From positions 1 to 49,993 of the forward strand of contig JAUCBJ010008894.1 of assembly GCA_032718475.1 (NCBI GenBank): DNA of 49,993 nucleotides. Direction: 5' to 3'. The DNA is from Nemertoderma westbladi. Its lineage: Eukaryota > Animalia > Xenacoelomorpha. A program made the position numbers and the translations under genes. Below the pieces are notes generated by a model. That model was not told the DNA's origin and searched no databases. It saw nothing but the letters and a program-made list of their open reading frames with translations. Positions 24,101-35,731 of the stretch are shown piece after piece. Numbering within the stretch: the stretch's first letter is position 1; each line of letters starts with the position of its first letter.

Positions 24101-25332
24101 AGCAGGAGATCCATCCCCCGCCGTCTCTCGTCCAACCATTCGACCGCCGAAGCGGGAGTCGCCAACGTTGTAGCGGGCGGACGAGGGACAACGGGCGACA
24201 AATCAGGAATATTTCGCTCGGGGTCCAGGACCTGAACTGTCTCCTGGGCAGTTCTACTGGGCACAGGTAGCTTAGTGCTATGCAGAGGGAATTTAGAGGT
24301 AGCTTCAGGGAGCACAGGTGTGTCTATCACCGAAGGGGTGATTTCAAAAACAGGCCTAATTATTTCAGGCTCATCTACTATAGTAGGGAGTCTTTCTATT
24401 TTAATTATTTGGTCTGTGGGTTCTGTACTGCCTAAGTTGGTGTTATTTAGTTGCCTTCTAACAGCTGGAGGCAAATCAGGCAATTTCTGACGGTGGAATG
24501 TTCTTTTACGTCTGCTTAGACGAGATCTATTTCCTTTGCCTTCAGTATCGGTGGTATCGCCTTCTTCAGATGATGTATATCCCTGTCTTTTGGGAGTAGA
24601 TCGATTCATCATCTGCATATTACTAGCTGTTAACTGTTTATTTATGCAGTCTTGATTCTCCTGAATGTTTTCCAATTCTAATTGGGTGATTTCTTCAGTC
24701 GCTCTCCGTTCGGCTTCGGCCACTTTTGCCTCTGCCGCTGCTTCTGCCGCTGCCGCTTTTCTTTCTGCTTCTGCAGCTACCACTGCTGCTTTCTTTCTGT
24801 CTTCTATACGTTTTTTCTTTACTTGTTCTTCTTGGACTCGTGTCAGGCGGAGTTGTTCATCAAATTTAGCCTGATTCGCAGCCCTCATTTCCACATCGAT
24901 GGCATCCAACACACGCTGAGTTCCTTCGCTATTAGGGCTAAGTCCATCTAACCTTCTCCTCAACTCGTCATCACCTAAAAAACGTTGATAGTCTGACAGA
25001 TAGATGTCAATGGCATCCCTCTTATGCGGTTTCTCTGCCGTCGCTTCACTTTCCACTTGGGAAAAAGTAGCGTCTGTTGATTCTCCATGGGTGGAGCGCT
25101 CCTCCAGCTGAGCTTTCCACTGAGCTGTTCCTTGAACTTGGCGACTCACCCGTTGAAACCAAGTCTTTACGGCAACTTGCAACGACGTGTCTTGTCTTCT
25201 TTTAGAAGCCTCTTCAAAGGCTGATAATATTAGCCTGATTCGCAGAATTCTTTCTCTAACTTGATAAAGCAGTTGTCCCTGCTCTTGAGGTCCTTGGGGT
25301 TGTTGAAACAGTTGTTCTTCTAATCGCTCCAT
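21106..25332 (-). CDS. Bel/Pao Gag plus aspartic protease with internally deleted pol remnants
   Basis: DUF1759-like KFNGDEMKWLPF...EKLRFLIECLEG; triple knuckle CVLCDGPHRLNMC / CYNCLRRGHQRRTC / CAKCGAKHHILLH; protease ALLDSGSTGTFI. RNase H tail WRYCPKTMNIADIASRG. No YxDD RT core or DDE integrase core seen. Confidence 0.92.
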   Translation of the reverse strand: MERLEEQLFQQPQGPQEQGQLLYQVRERILRIRLILSAFEEASKRRQDTSLQVAVKTWFQRVSRQVQGTAQWKAQLEERSTHGESTDATFSQVESEATAEKPHKRDAIDIYLSDYQRFLGDDELRRRLDGLSPNSEGTQRVLDAIDVEMRAANQAKFDEQLRLTRVQEEQVKKKRIEDRKKAAVVAAEAERKAAAAEAAAEAKVAEAERRATEEITQLELENIQENQDCINKQLTASNMQMMNRSTPKRQGYTSSEEGDTTDTEGKGNRSRLSRRKRTFHRQKLPDLPPAVRRQLNNTNLGSTEPTDQIIKIERLPTIVDEPEIIRPVFEITPSVIDTPVLPEATSKFPLHSTKLPVPSRTAQETVQVLDPERNIPDLSPVVPRPPATTLATPASAVEWLDERRRGMDLLLGQMQETVQQFKGTVRESRLELQEVQQSIALECDKLVNTKRGIPPPSVTMCQPVRSEVSHAQGVEPTRIYTASEVETPIVNPIKGNYRPVDNDIPYRTDHNPRNLYTDNSILNNTMAQESFTRQMARTEARQAVKVGEIVKFNGDEMKWLPFNEYYKDNIQNSVLSNGEKLRFLIECLEGSPKLMALKFIGHPDGLRQVWDTLNIRYGNRNNIAGYLYAKLVAPRKFISSGIIEFSDEIQEICIQLDWLGKSHEYQSAMVIRAVASTLPKGGVGTRWDKKVLYMMEQQRRDPTMADLMSFLDGEVKLQLLRQSREKTLENKVSEKPVSRRRVTPVCYTDDGESQTSQGEDSGKDTERSYYVNKTPKDQVSKFKSRTNDRREQVRKTPPTSPKRIQVRKPEERTNVHHIAQVKVSNIKPKCVLCDGPHRLNMCDEFLKKSLKERREVMWDKRLCYNCLRRGHQRRTCYSDARCAKCGAKHHILLHTEFERNSPSQVSDSELHVQFSDMNDTDQSEMEGFYTDEFSDQNESCYLINTTAVYRALMYEKDTDSDLTLTTSDQQQSWKAPTSNVGIREFPVVQLRVHGPQKSYIVNALLDSGSTGTFIDKELAEDIFAGQPKFRTKLNMSGIMQVWKSAVTADYYIGELSTPQDKLGEHSIRSVKMVAIKNFATTQVEPYNWDEDDHAQQLNIPRFDTDYPGVQILIGQNAHEALETLEKRPAQPQPLQTYAVRTRVGWYLTGPSRRTLRERLLQDRVCQVSEWEDDTSEGDDPTEGTPHSSDNDNLNSNVDQWRYCPKTMNIADIASRGATPQELTDTPDRLGEPDFLSKEDEWPPHLTPTEIRPAKGAEKVKPKTRTGGSELFEPGIDLSVLHTARDDAVDLDLPTASGSFMKIRGSDWSSGTSDVSQGLLPLLQGATDHYSSWNRLCNAVIYFERCFYRHYSRTKRKPGIVFGMQRLNHPVGRLCLLERDRELSGNYGRQETLPTTTSLIQPTSRHSPT

Positions 25333-25950
25333 GGAGCTGAAGAATCCCTGTACGTTTAATGGGTTTTGTCAATGTTTGAAATAAATGTTATTATTTCTGG
25401 GGAGTAATCACTACACAAAGCGGTGCGCTTTCAGTGAAGTGTTACTTATAGGACACTAAAACAAATAATACTAATTTACCTAAGTTACTTAATACTACAA
25501 ATTACTTACAATTCGGGTGAGATTACAATCTCTAAATAAACACAAAAATTTACAAAAAACACAAAATACGAATTTTCAGGGTAATTTTACAAGAAGTCTA
25601 CAAACCAGCATAACAAAGGGTTAGAATTCTGGTTATTACAACGGACAGGGTACTGCGGTATTTGAAAATAATACGTAGTAGTAAATACACTGCGTTGTCC
25701 AGATAGGAAAATACCACCGCCTGACGACCTATAGCCGTATCGCTATAGGTACTACGTTATGTATCACGGAGTGTTCCTACCTAGAAGTTAATAGAGCTAA
25801 TCGAACGTGCCTATCAACCACTTTACAACACAAATATAATGCCTACACTAATTACTTTCGGAAAGCACTGTACACTAAACCCTAAATTAGGTACGAGTAC
25901 TTGTACAACATATAATCAGTAGTTAAATATACTTGAACAGCTAAAAGAAC

Positions 25951-28900
25951 CAGTGCCGGATTACCCAATGTGCACAGTGTGCACGTGCACAGGGGCCTCC
26001 ACCACTGAGGGGCCTCCACCACTCAACACTCAAAAAATTATGAAAAAAATAAACAGAAACTTACACTACATATATACAGTACTGTTTTGCTAACTGTAGC
26101 TATGGCAGATCAATCAGCAGACTGACACATCGAAAAGAAACGAAATCAAATATGAAAAACGTAAAGAGAGGAGACGCAAGGAATCTGCGGCTATTGCGGC
26201 AGGAACACAGCCACTCAGCCGCACTTACTGTACAGCTTTCTTTGAACCAGTGACAGGGGCAGCAATAAGTGAAGTTGAGAGTGACGACGGTTCGGAATCG
26301 CAATGTGATGCTGGCTCCTTTATTTACCAGGTACGGACTTGGACTGTAAGGTCCAAGAGGGAGACATAGATGTGCAGCAAGATCCAGTAAGCAACCGAGG
26401 GTGGACTCTCTATAGCCGAGGGGCACTTGTATAATAACTAATAATCACGAACCCCCTCCTCTTATAATATATAACTCTGTAGTAGTCAGTAGCAGTAGTA
26501 GTAATGTAGTAGTAGTAGTAGTATAAGTAGTAAGTAATAGTAAAGGAGATCGGTTTAAACCAAAGTGATAAAGTATCATTATTATATAACATAATCATAT
26601 AGACAAAGTAGAATAAGATACAGATTCATAATTATTTTATCAAACTCATCTACTACTTACTTCAATGTGCCAATTGTAATAATAATTAAACATTACTCTG
26701 ATTACGCTGGGTTTGGCCCCATAAGATATTATACTGACGTATTTTATATCAATATATCCATGCGAGTAAACAAGAAGTGAAGTAAATGTTTATTATTATA
26801 GTTTTAGAAATTGAATGATATACCCAAGATAGTGAAATAGATAATATACAAGAAATTGCCATTTGAACAGATATATCAAAGCGGCGTCTTTAGTATAATA
26901 CCGTAATAGTATCAATTAACTCTGTTATACAATGTAAATATACTAAATCTATTTATAAATATATTATGAGCCCTACATTGTATATTTCTCCTACAGGTAG
27001 ACAATGTAGTATGTTAAAACTTGATATAATTTGGTATAATGTATAACATATTACAAATAAGACTGAGGCAGCTAAACTATATTGCAAAGAAATCAAATAT
27101 CCTAAAGTAATATACTAGACCCCCCCTCCACCCTATAAATAGTGTTCACCACCTACCCCACCCACCGCCCTTATTACTTCATAATAATGAAAGATAGTAC
27201 TGGCGCTCCGGTCACTCCGTTCCCTCCGCTGGGGGGGTTAAGTGGTAGGTTTTGACACTATGCAAAATCCGAGCACAGAGTTAGAAGCGCAATGGATAGG
27301 CGAACATTTCTTGCAGTGAAAGTATTTCCATACCTATTATAGTTTTCGAGACAGTCAGACATGAGTAGCTAAAATTTGAATTTTTTTCGGTAAAGTCTGA
27401 TTTCACCTGTACCTGTCATCTGAAATATGGATTGTGATATATCGTTAGATGCGGGTCCACTAATTGTACATTCACATATTTTCAAGGAAAAAATTCGATC
27501 AAGGGTTTTCGAAATATTTTCGAATTACCGGAAGCAGACTTTGGACGACCATATCTCCGGTACCGGTAGGCCTATTGAGTCGAAATTTTTTTTAATCTAC
27601 TTAGAACACTCCAGTTAATGTTTTTTAGTTTGAAAGTTTTGCCCCAAAATGCTCAGAAGTAATTTCGAAAAAACTGATCATTTCGCGATCATGATCTTTT
27701 GACCCCCTAGAATTGAACTTTTTTATGGTCAAATTTTGGCTACCCCCCCTAATTCGAGGGTCAGGAATCTTTTTTAATGTTAAGTTTTTTCATACGGTGA
27801 ACTCACAGGACTTGGTCTTCGAAATAAAACCGAAAACATGATCTTTCCTGATCATGGCCAGATCAAATCGCTTTTTGAAAATTTTGAAATGCTCAAAAGT
27901 TGCCCCTTCTTAATAGAAGTCGATTAGTAAAAAAAAAATCGGGGGTCTCAAACAAAGTTTTCGAGAAAATCGGGAAAAACCGAAAAACACGATCTTTTAT
28001 GATCAGGAAGCATATCTCGAGAACTGGTTGCCCGATCGAGCCAATTTTTTTTTTAATCAACTCAGAATAGACCATTGCACATTTCTTACAATGAATGTTT
28101 ATTAGAAAAATGCTTAGATTCGATTTTAAATATACTGATCTTTTCGCGATCATGATCTTGAGTTTTGACCCACTAGACTTGAACTTTTTTATGCCCAAAT
28201 TTTGGCTACCCCCCATAATTCGAGGGTGAGGAATCTTTTTGTGATGTTAAGTTTTTCCATACGGTGAACTCCCAGGACTTGGTCTTCGAAATAAAACCGA
28301 AAACACGATCTTTTCTGATCGCGGCCTGATCAAATCGCTTTTTGAAAATTTCGAAATGCTCAAAAGTTGTCCCTTCATCATAGAAGTCGATTCGTAAAAA
28401 AAAATCGGGGGTCTCAAACAAAGTTTTCGAGAAAATCCGAAAAAACTAAAAAATCTGATCTTTAATGATCAGGTATCAGATCTCGAGAACCGGTTGTCCG
28501 ATCGAGCCAATTTTTTTTTTAATCGACTCAGGGCGGCGTTCTGAACGTTTCCTACAGTAATTGTTTATATCCAAAATGCTTAGTTACGATTTTACGAAGT
28601 CCGATCTTTGCGCGATCATGATCTTGCATTTTGACCGGGAAGAATTCACTTTTTTTAAAATATTTTAACGGGAATCATGACTAATGTGGGGTCGCTGAAT
28701 CTTTTTGTAATGTTAAGTTTTTCGATTGGAGGAAGCCTTGAGTGTCCGCTCCCTGATCAAAACTGATCTTTGCTGATCACGGTCAAGATCTTGATCGGGC
28801 AACTTCAAACTCGAAGTTGTGAAGGTAAATCCATATGCTGCCTATCGATTGGCGCCGGTCCCAACTCCGTAGCATTAGCCGTTTTGGCTGTAGCTCCATA

Positions 28901-29611
28901 GCAACGTGGTTGCTAGGGAAGCGGACTTTTTGACTCAAATTGGCCCTAGCCGGAGAACCGTAGACTTTTTTAACACATTATGTATGGCGAAAAGTTGTCT
29001 GGATAAATTTTGAGGGGGGTCTAGGAACATCCTATTGTTCGTTTTCGCTTAGTTGCTGAGATCCTCTCGTCCCCCAAATCCAAGGATTCTATAAAGGCAT
29101 TCTGCTGGACTAGTTCCATGGCCGGAATAGTGTCCAGAGACGGAACCTAAAGTCCTGCTTGTAGAATGTGGTGTCGGCCTGTGGCCAGATAAACTTACTG
29201 GCGTTCAAATTGATGCTGTGGTTAACTTGGATGTGTCCAAGCTACAGCATGCGGATCCAAAGTCACTTGAACTCTCCGCAGTGCAGACAGTTCAGAAGTA
29301 GGGACATTCAGTAGCTCGGAAGTGTGGTGTGAACATGTTTGAACGCAAGCTAAAGAACACAAAGTCTTCCAAGCGCACATGGTTGTGCTTTAGTCCATAT
29401 TATACACGACTTTGCGTCTCGCAAGGCTCGTAAAGTTGTTTTCTAAATAAAGTACTATACGTATATACTGGTTAGATTCTTTTTTGTATTATTATTCTTT
29501 GTTTTATTATAATAATCGTTTAAATCTAAATATATCTCTCTATCTCTGATCGATCAGGGGCCCCCACCAATCATGTGCACAGGGGCCCCCACCAGGCTTG
29601 ATCCGGCTCTG
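25951..29611. mobile_element. Non-autonomous hAT-like DNA transposon nested in the LTR element leader
   Basis: Termini CAGTGCCGGATTA / TGATCCGGCTCTG, exact 8-bp TSD AAAAGAAC (25943-25950 and 29612-29619), subterminal GTGCACAGGGGCC(T/C)CCACC motifs at both ends, no transposase ORF. Confidence 0.88.
27480..28730. repeat. ~465-bp diverged tandem repeat (about 2.5-3 units) inside the hAT element
   Basis: GCGATCATGATCTT recurs near 27685, 28147 and 28613. ATCTC(C/G)..ACCGGT...TTTTTTTTAATC recurs with the same period. Confidence 0.8.
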
Positions 29612-29794
29612 AAAAGAACCACGGCATCTGCTGGAGTGACCGGTGCACAAAATCACCAGTCTTTACCTACGCCAAGCAGCCCGTGTAGTACCGGGGTTAA
29701 TTTAACTATAGCGGTATGTATAACAAACACAATTATTGTAGGAACAAACTTGGGGAATGAATGTTGCGAATAATCGCATAAACTCTGAATAATA

Positions 29795-30360
29795 AATATT
29801 ACGCTACGCGTACAAACCACTCAAACAAAATGCAGACCAAACACTGGCAGACTACTATCAAGCCTAAATAAACTACAGGACATGCAGACTCCGAAATGAT
29901 TAGGTAGTATGCGTTCTAACCCAGTAGTACGACTTATTCTTTAGATGGGGGTTTACCTTACAGCATTGGCTGCCCCTACTTCCTAACCGTTCTTTATCGG
30001 ACAGAGGCTCTACACACACTGCAATCCGTTCAGACCTAATAACAGCCAGACAACTATCCAGCCTACAAATTATCTAAATAAATATTATACGCTACCTGTA
30101 CAGACTACACAAACAAAGTACAGACTAAACGATGGCAGACTACCCTCAAGCCTAAATAAACTACAGGACATGCAGACTCCGAAATGATTAGGTAGTATGC
30201 GTTCTAACCCAGTAGTACGACTTATTCTTTAGATGGGGGTTTACCTTACAGCTTTGGCTGCCCCTACTTCCTAACCGCTCTTTATCGGACAGGTGATCTA
30301 CACACACTGCAATCCGTTCAGACTTAACAGCAATCAGACAACAGCTCAGCCTACAAATTG
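29795..30360. repeat. ~288-bp tandem duplication in the retroelement 5' leader
   Basis: CATGCAGACTCCGAAATGATTAGG... at 29881 and 30169, with long identical stretches. Confidence 0.9.
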
Positions 30361-30558
30361 TCTGTACAATATGATCAGGCTTACACGCCTTCTGTTCAAT
30401 ACTGGCCTACAAACAAATAAAACTGACAGAAATAAGTAAGCTCCAAAAGAAACAAGGGGTGTACAGTCCCTAATCTCTTAAACAGCCTACCGGTATACAA
30501 TAATCAAATCGAATAATACTAATGTACTTATACGGGAAGTACCGGTTAGGACAGTTAG

Positions 30559-30658
30559 GCCTACGGACCTACAGAAGTACCGGTTCTGGCAGTTGGACCT
30601 ACGGACCTACGGCAGTACCGGTTATGGCAGTTGGGCCTACTGACCTACAGATGTACCA
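30559..30658. repeat. 38-bp tandem repeat (~2.6 units) in the leader
   Basis: CCTACGGACCTAC...GTACCGGTT(C/A)TGGCAGTTGG repeated. Confidence 0.75.
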
Positions 30659-30716
30659 TTCAGGTTTACCGGTTGACCGGTACTTTCAACTTTATTGCTT
30701 ACTGCAATAAAGAAGC

Positions 30717-30728
30717 TATATCCGTTAT
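30717..30728 (-). other. Primer-binding-site position: ATAACGGATATA, not tRNA-like, complementary to LTR 14649-14660
   Basis: Directly follows the CA of the 5' LTR, lacks the TGG expected for a tRNA CCA end, and forms a 12/12 inverted match to the LTR interior. Confidence 0.65.
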
Positions 30729-31809
30729 TGTTCGCGCTTTCAGACCTTTGGCAGTTTAACCCGCCAAATTAGGATGTCTTTTAGATAATAAATCACTTTT
30801 AGCCTCTGACAAGTATTTGATTCACTACACTAGTCGAAACCAATCGGTGCGCGATCATTCACCCGCTGGATATACCCGGGAGATTGGGTTCGACGGCTTA
30901 ATCTTATTGCTATGTAAGCCTAATGTATTATTCGACTGACAGTATTATATAATCTCTGACAATATTATTCACCTTCGGGGAATATTAACAGTTCCTTTAG
31001 GACGTGGCGCTCTATCTATAAAAACAGAGTTATGACTTAAACTACTCACAACGATATGGCTTAGTTATAATTCACATATATGGCGCATTCTTTAGGAAAT
31101 GCTTCGTTATCAGTCTCACTCATACACAATGCTGCACAATACTGCACACTAATCTGCCGATCTTCACTGATTTTAGTCACATATAAAAGGAACACAGACC
31201 GACTCATGTAGGGTCTATCAAATAACATTAGATTCACTTCAAACCACTTTAACATAAGTCACAATCGTTATATGTAACCTTTCTCTCTTACCTTCTGTAT
31301 ATCAAGAATATTGGGTTTCGGGGTTATTTCTCGTTATTCCAAATATAATAATTCATCAACCATATTATGAAGGACCGACAGTAAATAGCAGTATAACAAT
31401 ACAAAGTATGCACAGTGTTACACAGTATAACACAGTTAAACACTGCCCATAACGCATTGCGTGATTTCTAGGAAATTTCTGTACAAGAGCCATAAAAATG
31501 CTCTGATTGGCTGACTGAACTGAGAGATGCCATAGAACAAAGAAAATCGACACGTATGAATATCAGCTGTTAACCGTCGTCATAGTAACTACTGTTCAAG
31601 AGTAGCTATCACCTTTTGCGTCACGGAATTGCCATAGAATCATCAACTATGCCTTTCACAGTACACATACGGAGGAAATAGCTCTTAGATCCTCTAAAAA
31701 ACACCGATACAGCAATAATACGGTCTCTTACACCTATTAAATCAGCTACAGAGTATTTTAATGTAAAAGATAATAAAAATAACGGGGCAATTCAGCAAAG
31801 GCTTTTACA
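30729..31809 (-). repeat. 5' LTR (1081 bp, with an internal deletion)
   Basis: Same as 13923-15123 apart from a handful of substitutions and replacement of 14623-14750 by 8 bp. Confidence 0.95.
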
Positions 31810-34800
31810 CTCTATGAGGTCCTGTCCCCCCCTCCCGCACCCACTAACAATACGGGATAGCCCAATGAACCCAGCCCTCTCCGCCGGCCTCTATGAGGTC
31901 CTATCCCCCCCCTCCCGCACCCACTAACAATACGGGACAGCCCAATGAACCCAGCCCTCTCCGCCGGCCTTTATGAGGTCCTGTCCCCCGTCCCGCACCC
32001 ACTAACAAAACGGGATAGCCCAATGAACCCAGCCCTCTCCGCCGGCCTCTATGAGGTCCTGTCCCCCCCTCCCGCACCCACTAACAATACGGGACAGCCC
32101 GATGAACTCAGCCCTCTCCGCCGGCCTCTATGAGGTCCTATCCCCCCCTCCCGCACCCACTAACAAAACGGGATAGCCCAATGAACCCAGCCCTCTCCGC
32201 CGGCCTCTATGAGGTCCTGTCCCCCCCTCCCGCACCCACTAACAATACGGCATAGCCCAATGAACCCAGCCCTCTCCGCCGGCCTCTATGAGGTCCTATC
32301 CCCCCCTCCCGCACCCACTAACAATACGGGACAGCCCAATGAACCCAGCCCTCTCCGCCGGCCTTTATGAGGTCCTGTCCCCCCTCCCGCACCCACTAAC
32401 AACACGGGATAGCCCAATGAACCCAGCCCTCTCCGCCGGCCTCTATGAGGTCCTGTCCCCCCTCCCGCACCCACTAACAATACGGGATAGCCCAATGAAC
32501 CCAGCCCTCTCCGCCGGCCTCTATGAAGTCCTGTCCCCCCTCCCGCACCCACTAACAACACGGGATAGCCCAATGAACCCAGCCCTCTCCGCCGGCCTCT
32601 ATGAGGTCCTGCCCCCCCTCCCGCACCCACTATCAATACGGGATAGCCCAATGAACCCAGCCCTCTCCGCCGGCCTCTATGAGGTCCTGCCCCCCCCCCC
32701 CCCCCTCCCACACCCACTAACAACACGGGATAGCCCAATGAACCCAGCCCTCTCCGCCGGCCTCTATGAGGTCCTGTCCCCCCCTCCCGCACCCATTAAC
32801 AATACGGGATAGCCCAATGAACCCAGTCCTCTCCGCCGGCCTCTATGAGGTCCTGCCCCCCCCCCCCCCCCTCCCGCACCCACTAACAATACGGGATAGC
32901 CCAATGAACCCAGCCCTCTCCGCCGGCCTCTATGAGGTCCTGTCCCCCCCTCCCGCACCCACTAACAACACGGGATAGCCCAATGAACCCAGCCCTATCC
33001 GCCGGCTTCTATGAGGTCCCCCCCCCCCCCGCACCCACTAACAACACGGGATAGCCCAATGAACCCAGCCCTCTCCGCCGGCCTCTATGAGGTCCTGTCT
33101 CCCCCTCCCGCACCCACTAACAATACTGGATAGCCCAATGAACCCAGCCCTCTCCACCGGCATCTATGAGGTCCTGTCTCCCCCTCCCGCACCCACTAAC
33201 AACACGGGATAGCCCAATGAACCCACCCGTCTCCGCCGGCCTCTATGAGGTCCTGTCCCCCCCTCCCGCACCCACTAACAATACGGGATAGCCCAATGAA
33301 CCCAGCCCTCTCCACCGGCCTCTATGATGTCCTGTCTCCCCCCTCCCTGTCTCCCCCTCCCGCACCCACTAACAACACTGGATAGCCCAATGAACCCACC
33401 CGTCTCCGCCGGCCTCTATGAGGTCCTGTCCCCCCCCTCCCACACCCACTAACAATACGGGATAGCCCAATGAACCCAGCCCTCTCCACCGGCCTCTATG
33501 AGGTCCTGTCTCCCCCCTCCCGCACCCACTAACAACATGGGATAGCCCAATGAACCCAGCCCTATCCGCCGGCCTCTATGAGGTCTTGTCTCCCCCTCCC
33601 GCACCCACTAACAACACGGGATAGCCCAATGAACCCAGCCCTCTCCACTGGCATCTATGAGGTCCTGTCTCCCCCTCCCGCACCCACTAACAATACGGGA
33701 TAGCCCAATGAACCCAGCCCTCTCCGCCGGCCTCTATGAGGTCCTGTCTCCCCCTTCCGCACCCACTAACAACACGGGATAGCCCAATGAACCCAGCCCT
33801 CTCCGCCGGCCTCTATGAGGTCCTGCCCCCCCCCCCTCCTGCACCCACTAACAATACGGGATAGCCCAATGAACCCACCCGTCTCCGCCAGCATCTATGA
33901 GGTCCTGTCCCCCCCTCCCGCACCCACTAACAACACGGGATAGCCCAATGAACCCAGCCCTATTCGCCGGCTTATATGAGGTCCCCCCCCCCCCCCGCAC
34001 CCACTAACAACACGGGATAGCCCAATGAACCCAGCCCTCTCCGCCAGCCTCTATGAGGTCCTGTCTCCCCCTCCCGCACCCACTAACAATACGGGATAGC
34101 CCAATGAACCCACCCGTCTCAGCCGGCATCTATGAGGTCCTGTCCCCCCCTCCCGCACCCACTAACAATACGGGATAGCCCAATGAACCCAGCCCTCTCC
34201 GCCAGCCTCTATGAGGTCCTGCCCCCCCCCCTCCCACACCCACTAACAAGACGGGATAGCCCAATGAACCCAGCCCTATCCACCGGCTTCTATGAGGCCC
34301 CCCCCCCCCCGCACCCATTAACAACACGGGATAGCCCAATGAACCCAGCCCTCTCCGCCGGCCTCTATGAGGTCCTGTCTCCCCCTCCCGCACCCACTAA
34401 CAATACGGGATAGCCCAATGAACCCACCTGTCTCCGCCGGCCTCTATGAGGTCCTGTCCCCCCCCCCCCGCCCCCCTCCCGCACCCACTAACAATACGGG
34501 ATAGCCCAATGAACACAGCACTCTCCGCCGGCCTCTATGAGGTCCTGTCCCTCCCTCCCGCACCCACTAACAACACGGGATAGCCCAATGAACCCAGCCC
34601 TATCCGCCGGCTTCTATGAGGTCCCCCCCCCCCGCACCCACTAACAACACAGGATAGCCCAATGAACCCAGCCCTCTCCGCCGGCCTCTATGAGGTCCTG
34701 TCTCCCCCTCCAGCACCCACTAACAATACGGGATAGCCCAATGAACCCACCCATCTCCGCCGGCCTCTATGAGGTCCTGTCCCCCCTCCAGCACCCACAA

Positions 34801-35731
34801 CAAAACGGGATAGCCCAATGAACCCAGCCCTCTCCGCCGGCCTCTATGAGGTCCTGCCCCCCCCCCCCCCTCCCGCACCCACTAACAATACGGGATAGCC
34901 CAATGAACCCAGCCCTCTCCGCCGGCCTCTATGAGGTCCTATCCCCCCCTCCCGCACCCACTAACAACACGGGATAGCCCAATGAACCCAGCCCTATCCG
35001 CCGGCTTCTATGAGGTCCCCACCCGCACCCACTATCAACACAGGATAGCCCAATGAACCCAGCCCTCTCCGCCGGCCTCTATGAGGTCCTGTCTCCCCCT
35101 CCAGCACCCACTAACAATACGGGATATCCCAATGAACCCACCCAACTCCGCCGGCCTCTATGAGGTCCTGTCCCCCCCCTCCAGCACCCACTAACAAAAT
35201 GGGATAGCCCAATGAACCCAGCCCTCTCCGCCGGCCTCTATGAGGTCCTGTCTCCCCCTCCAGCACCCACTAGCAATACGGGATAGCCCAATGATCCCAC
35301 CCGTCTCCGCCGGCCTCTATGAGGTCCTGCCCCCCCCCCCCCCCCCCCCTCCAGCACCCACTAACAAAACGGGATAGCCCAATGAACCCAGCCCTCTCCG
35401 CCGGCCTCCTGAGATCCTGTCTCCCCCTCCAGCACCCACTAGCAATACGGGATAGCCCAATGAACCCACCCGTCTCCGCCGGCCTCTATGAGGTCCTGCC
35501 CCCCCCTCCCGCACCCACTAACAATACGGGACAGCCCAATGAACCCAGCCCTCTCCGCCGGCCTTTATGAGGTCCTGTCCCCCGTCCCGCACCCACTAAC
35601 AAAACGGGATAGCCCAATGAACCCAGCCCTCTCCGCCGGCCTCTATGAGGTCCTGTCCCCCCCTCCAGCACCCACTAACAAAACGGGATAGCCCAATGAA
35701 CCCAGCCCTCTCCGCCGGCCTCTATGAGGTC
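31810..35731 (+). repeat. ~79-bp GC-rich satellite, right part (~49 units)
   Basis: Resumes in register after the TSD. The poly-C tract varies in length between units. Confidence 0.97.

Larger units (their letters stand above)
13923..31809 (-). mobile_element. Non-autonomous Bel/Pao-derived LTR retrotransposon with an extra ORF (~17.9 kb including a nested hAT)
   Basis: Two near-identical LTRs with TG...CA ends, 5-bp TSD CTCTA (13918-13922 and 31810-31814), Bel/Pao Gag-PR ORF and a PPT. Confidence 0.95.

Noticed and set aside
30710-30728. Canonical tRNA primer-binding site
   Set aside because: No TGG within the first bases after the LTR. A match to an internal tRNA fragment could not be excluded without a search.
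31945-35691. Short Pro- or Gly/Arg-rich ORFs
   Set aside because: Translations of the 79-bp satellite, with frames shifting as the poly-C length changes.
31810-35731. CRISPR array or hammerhead-ribozyme satellite
   Set aside because: No unique spacers, no cas genes, eukaryotic context, and no CTGANGA...GAAA core seen in the unit.
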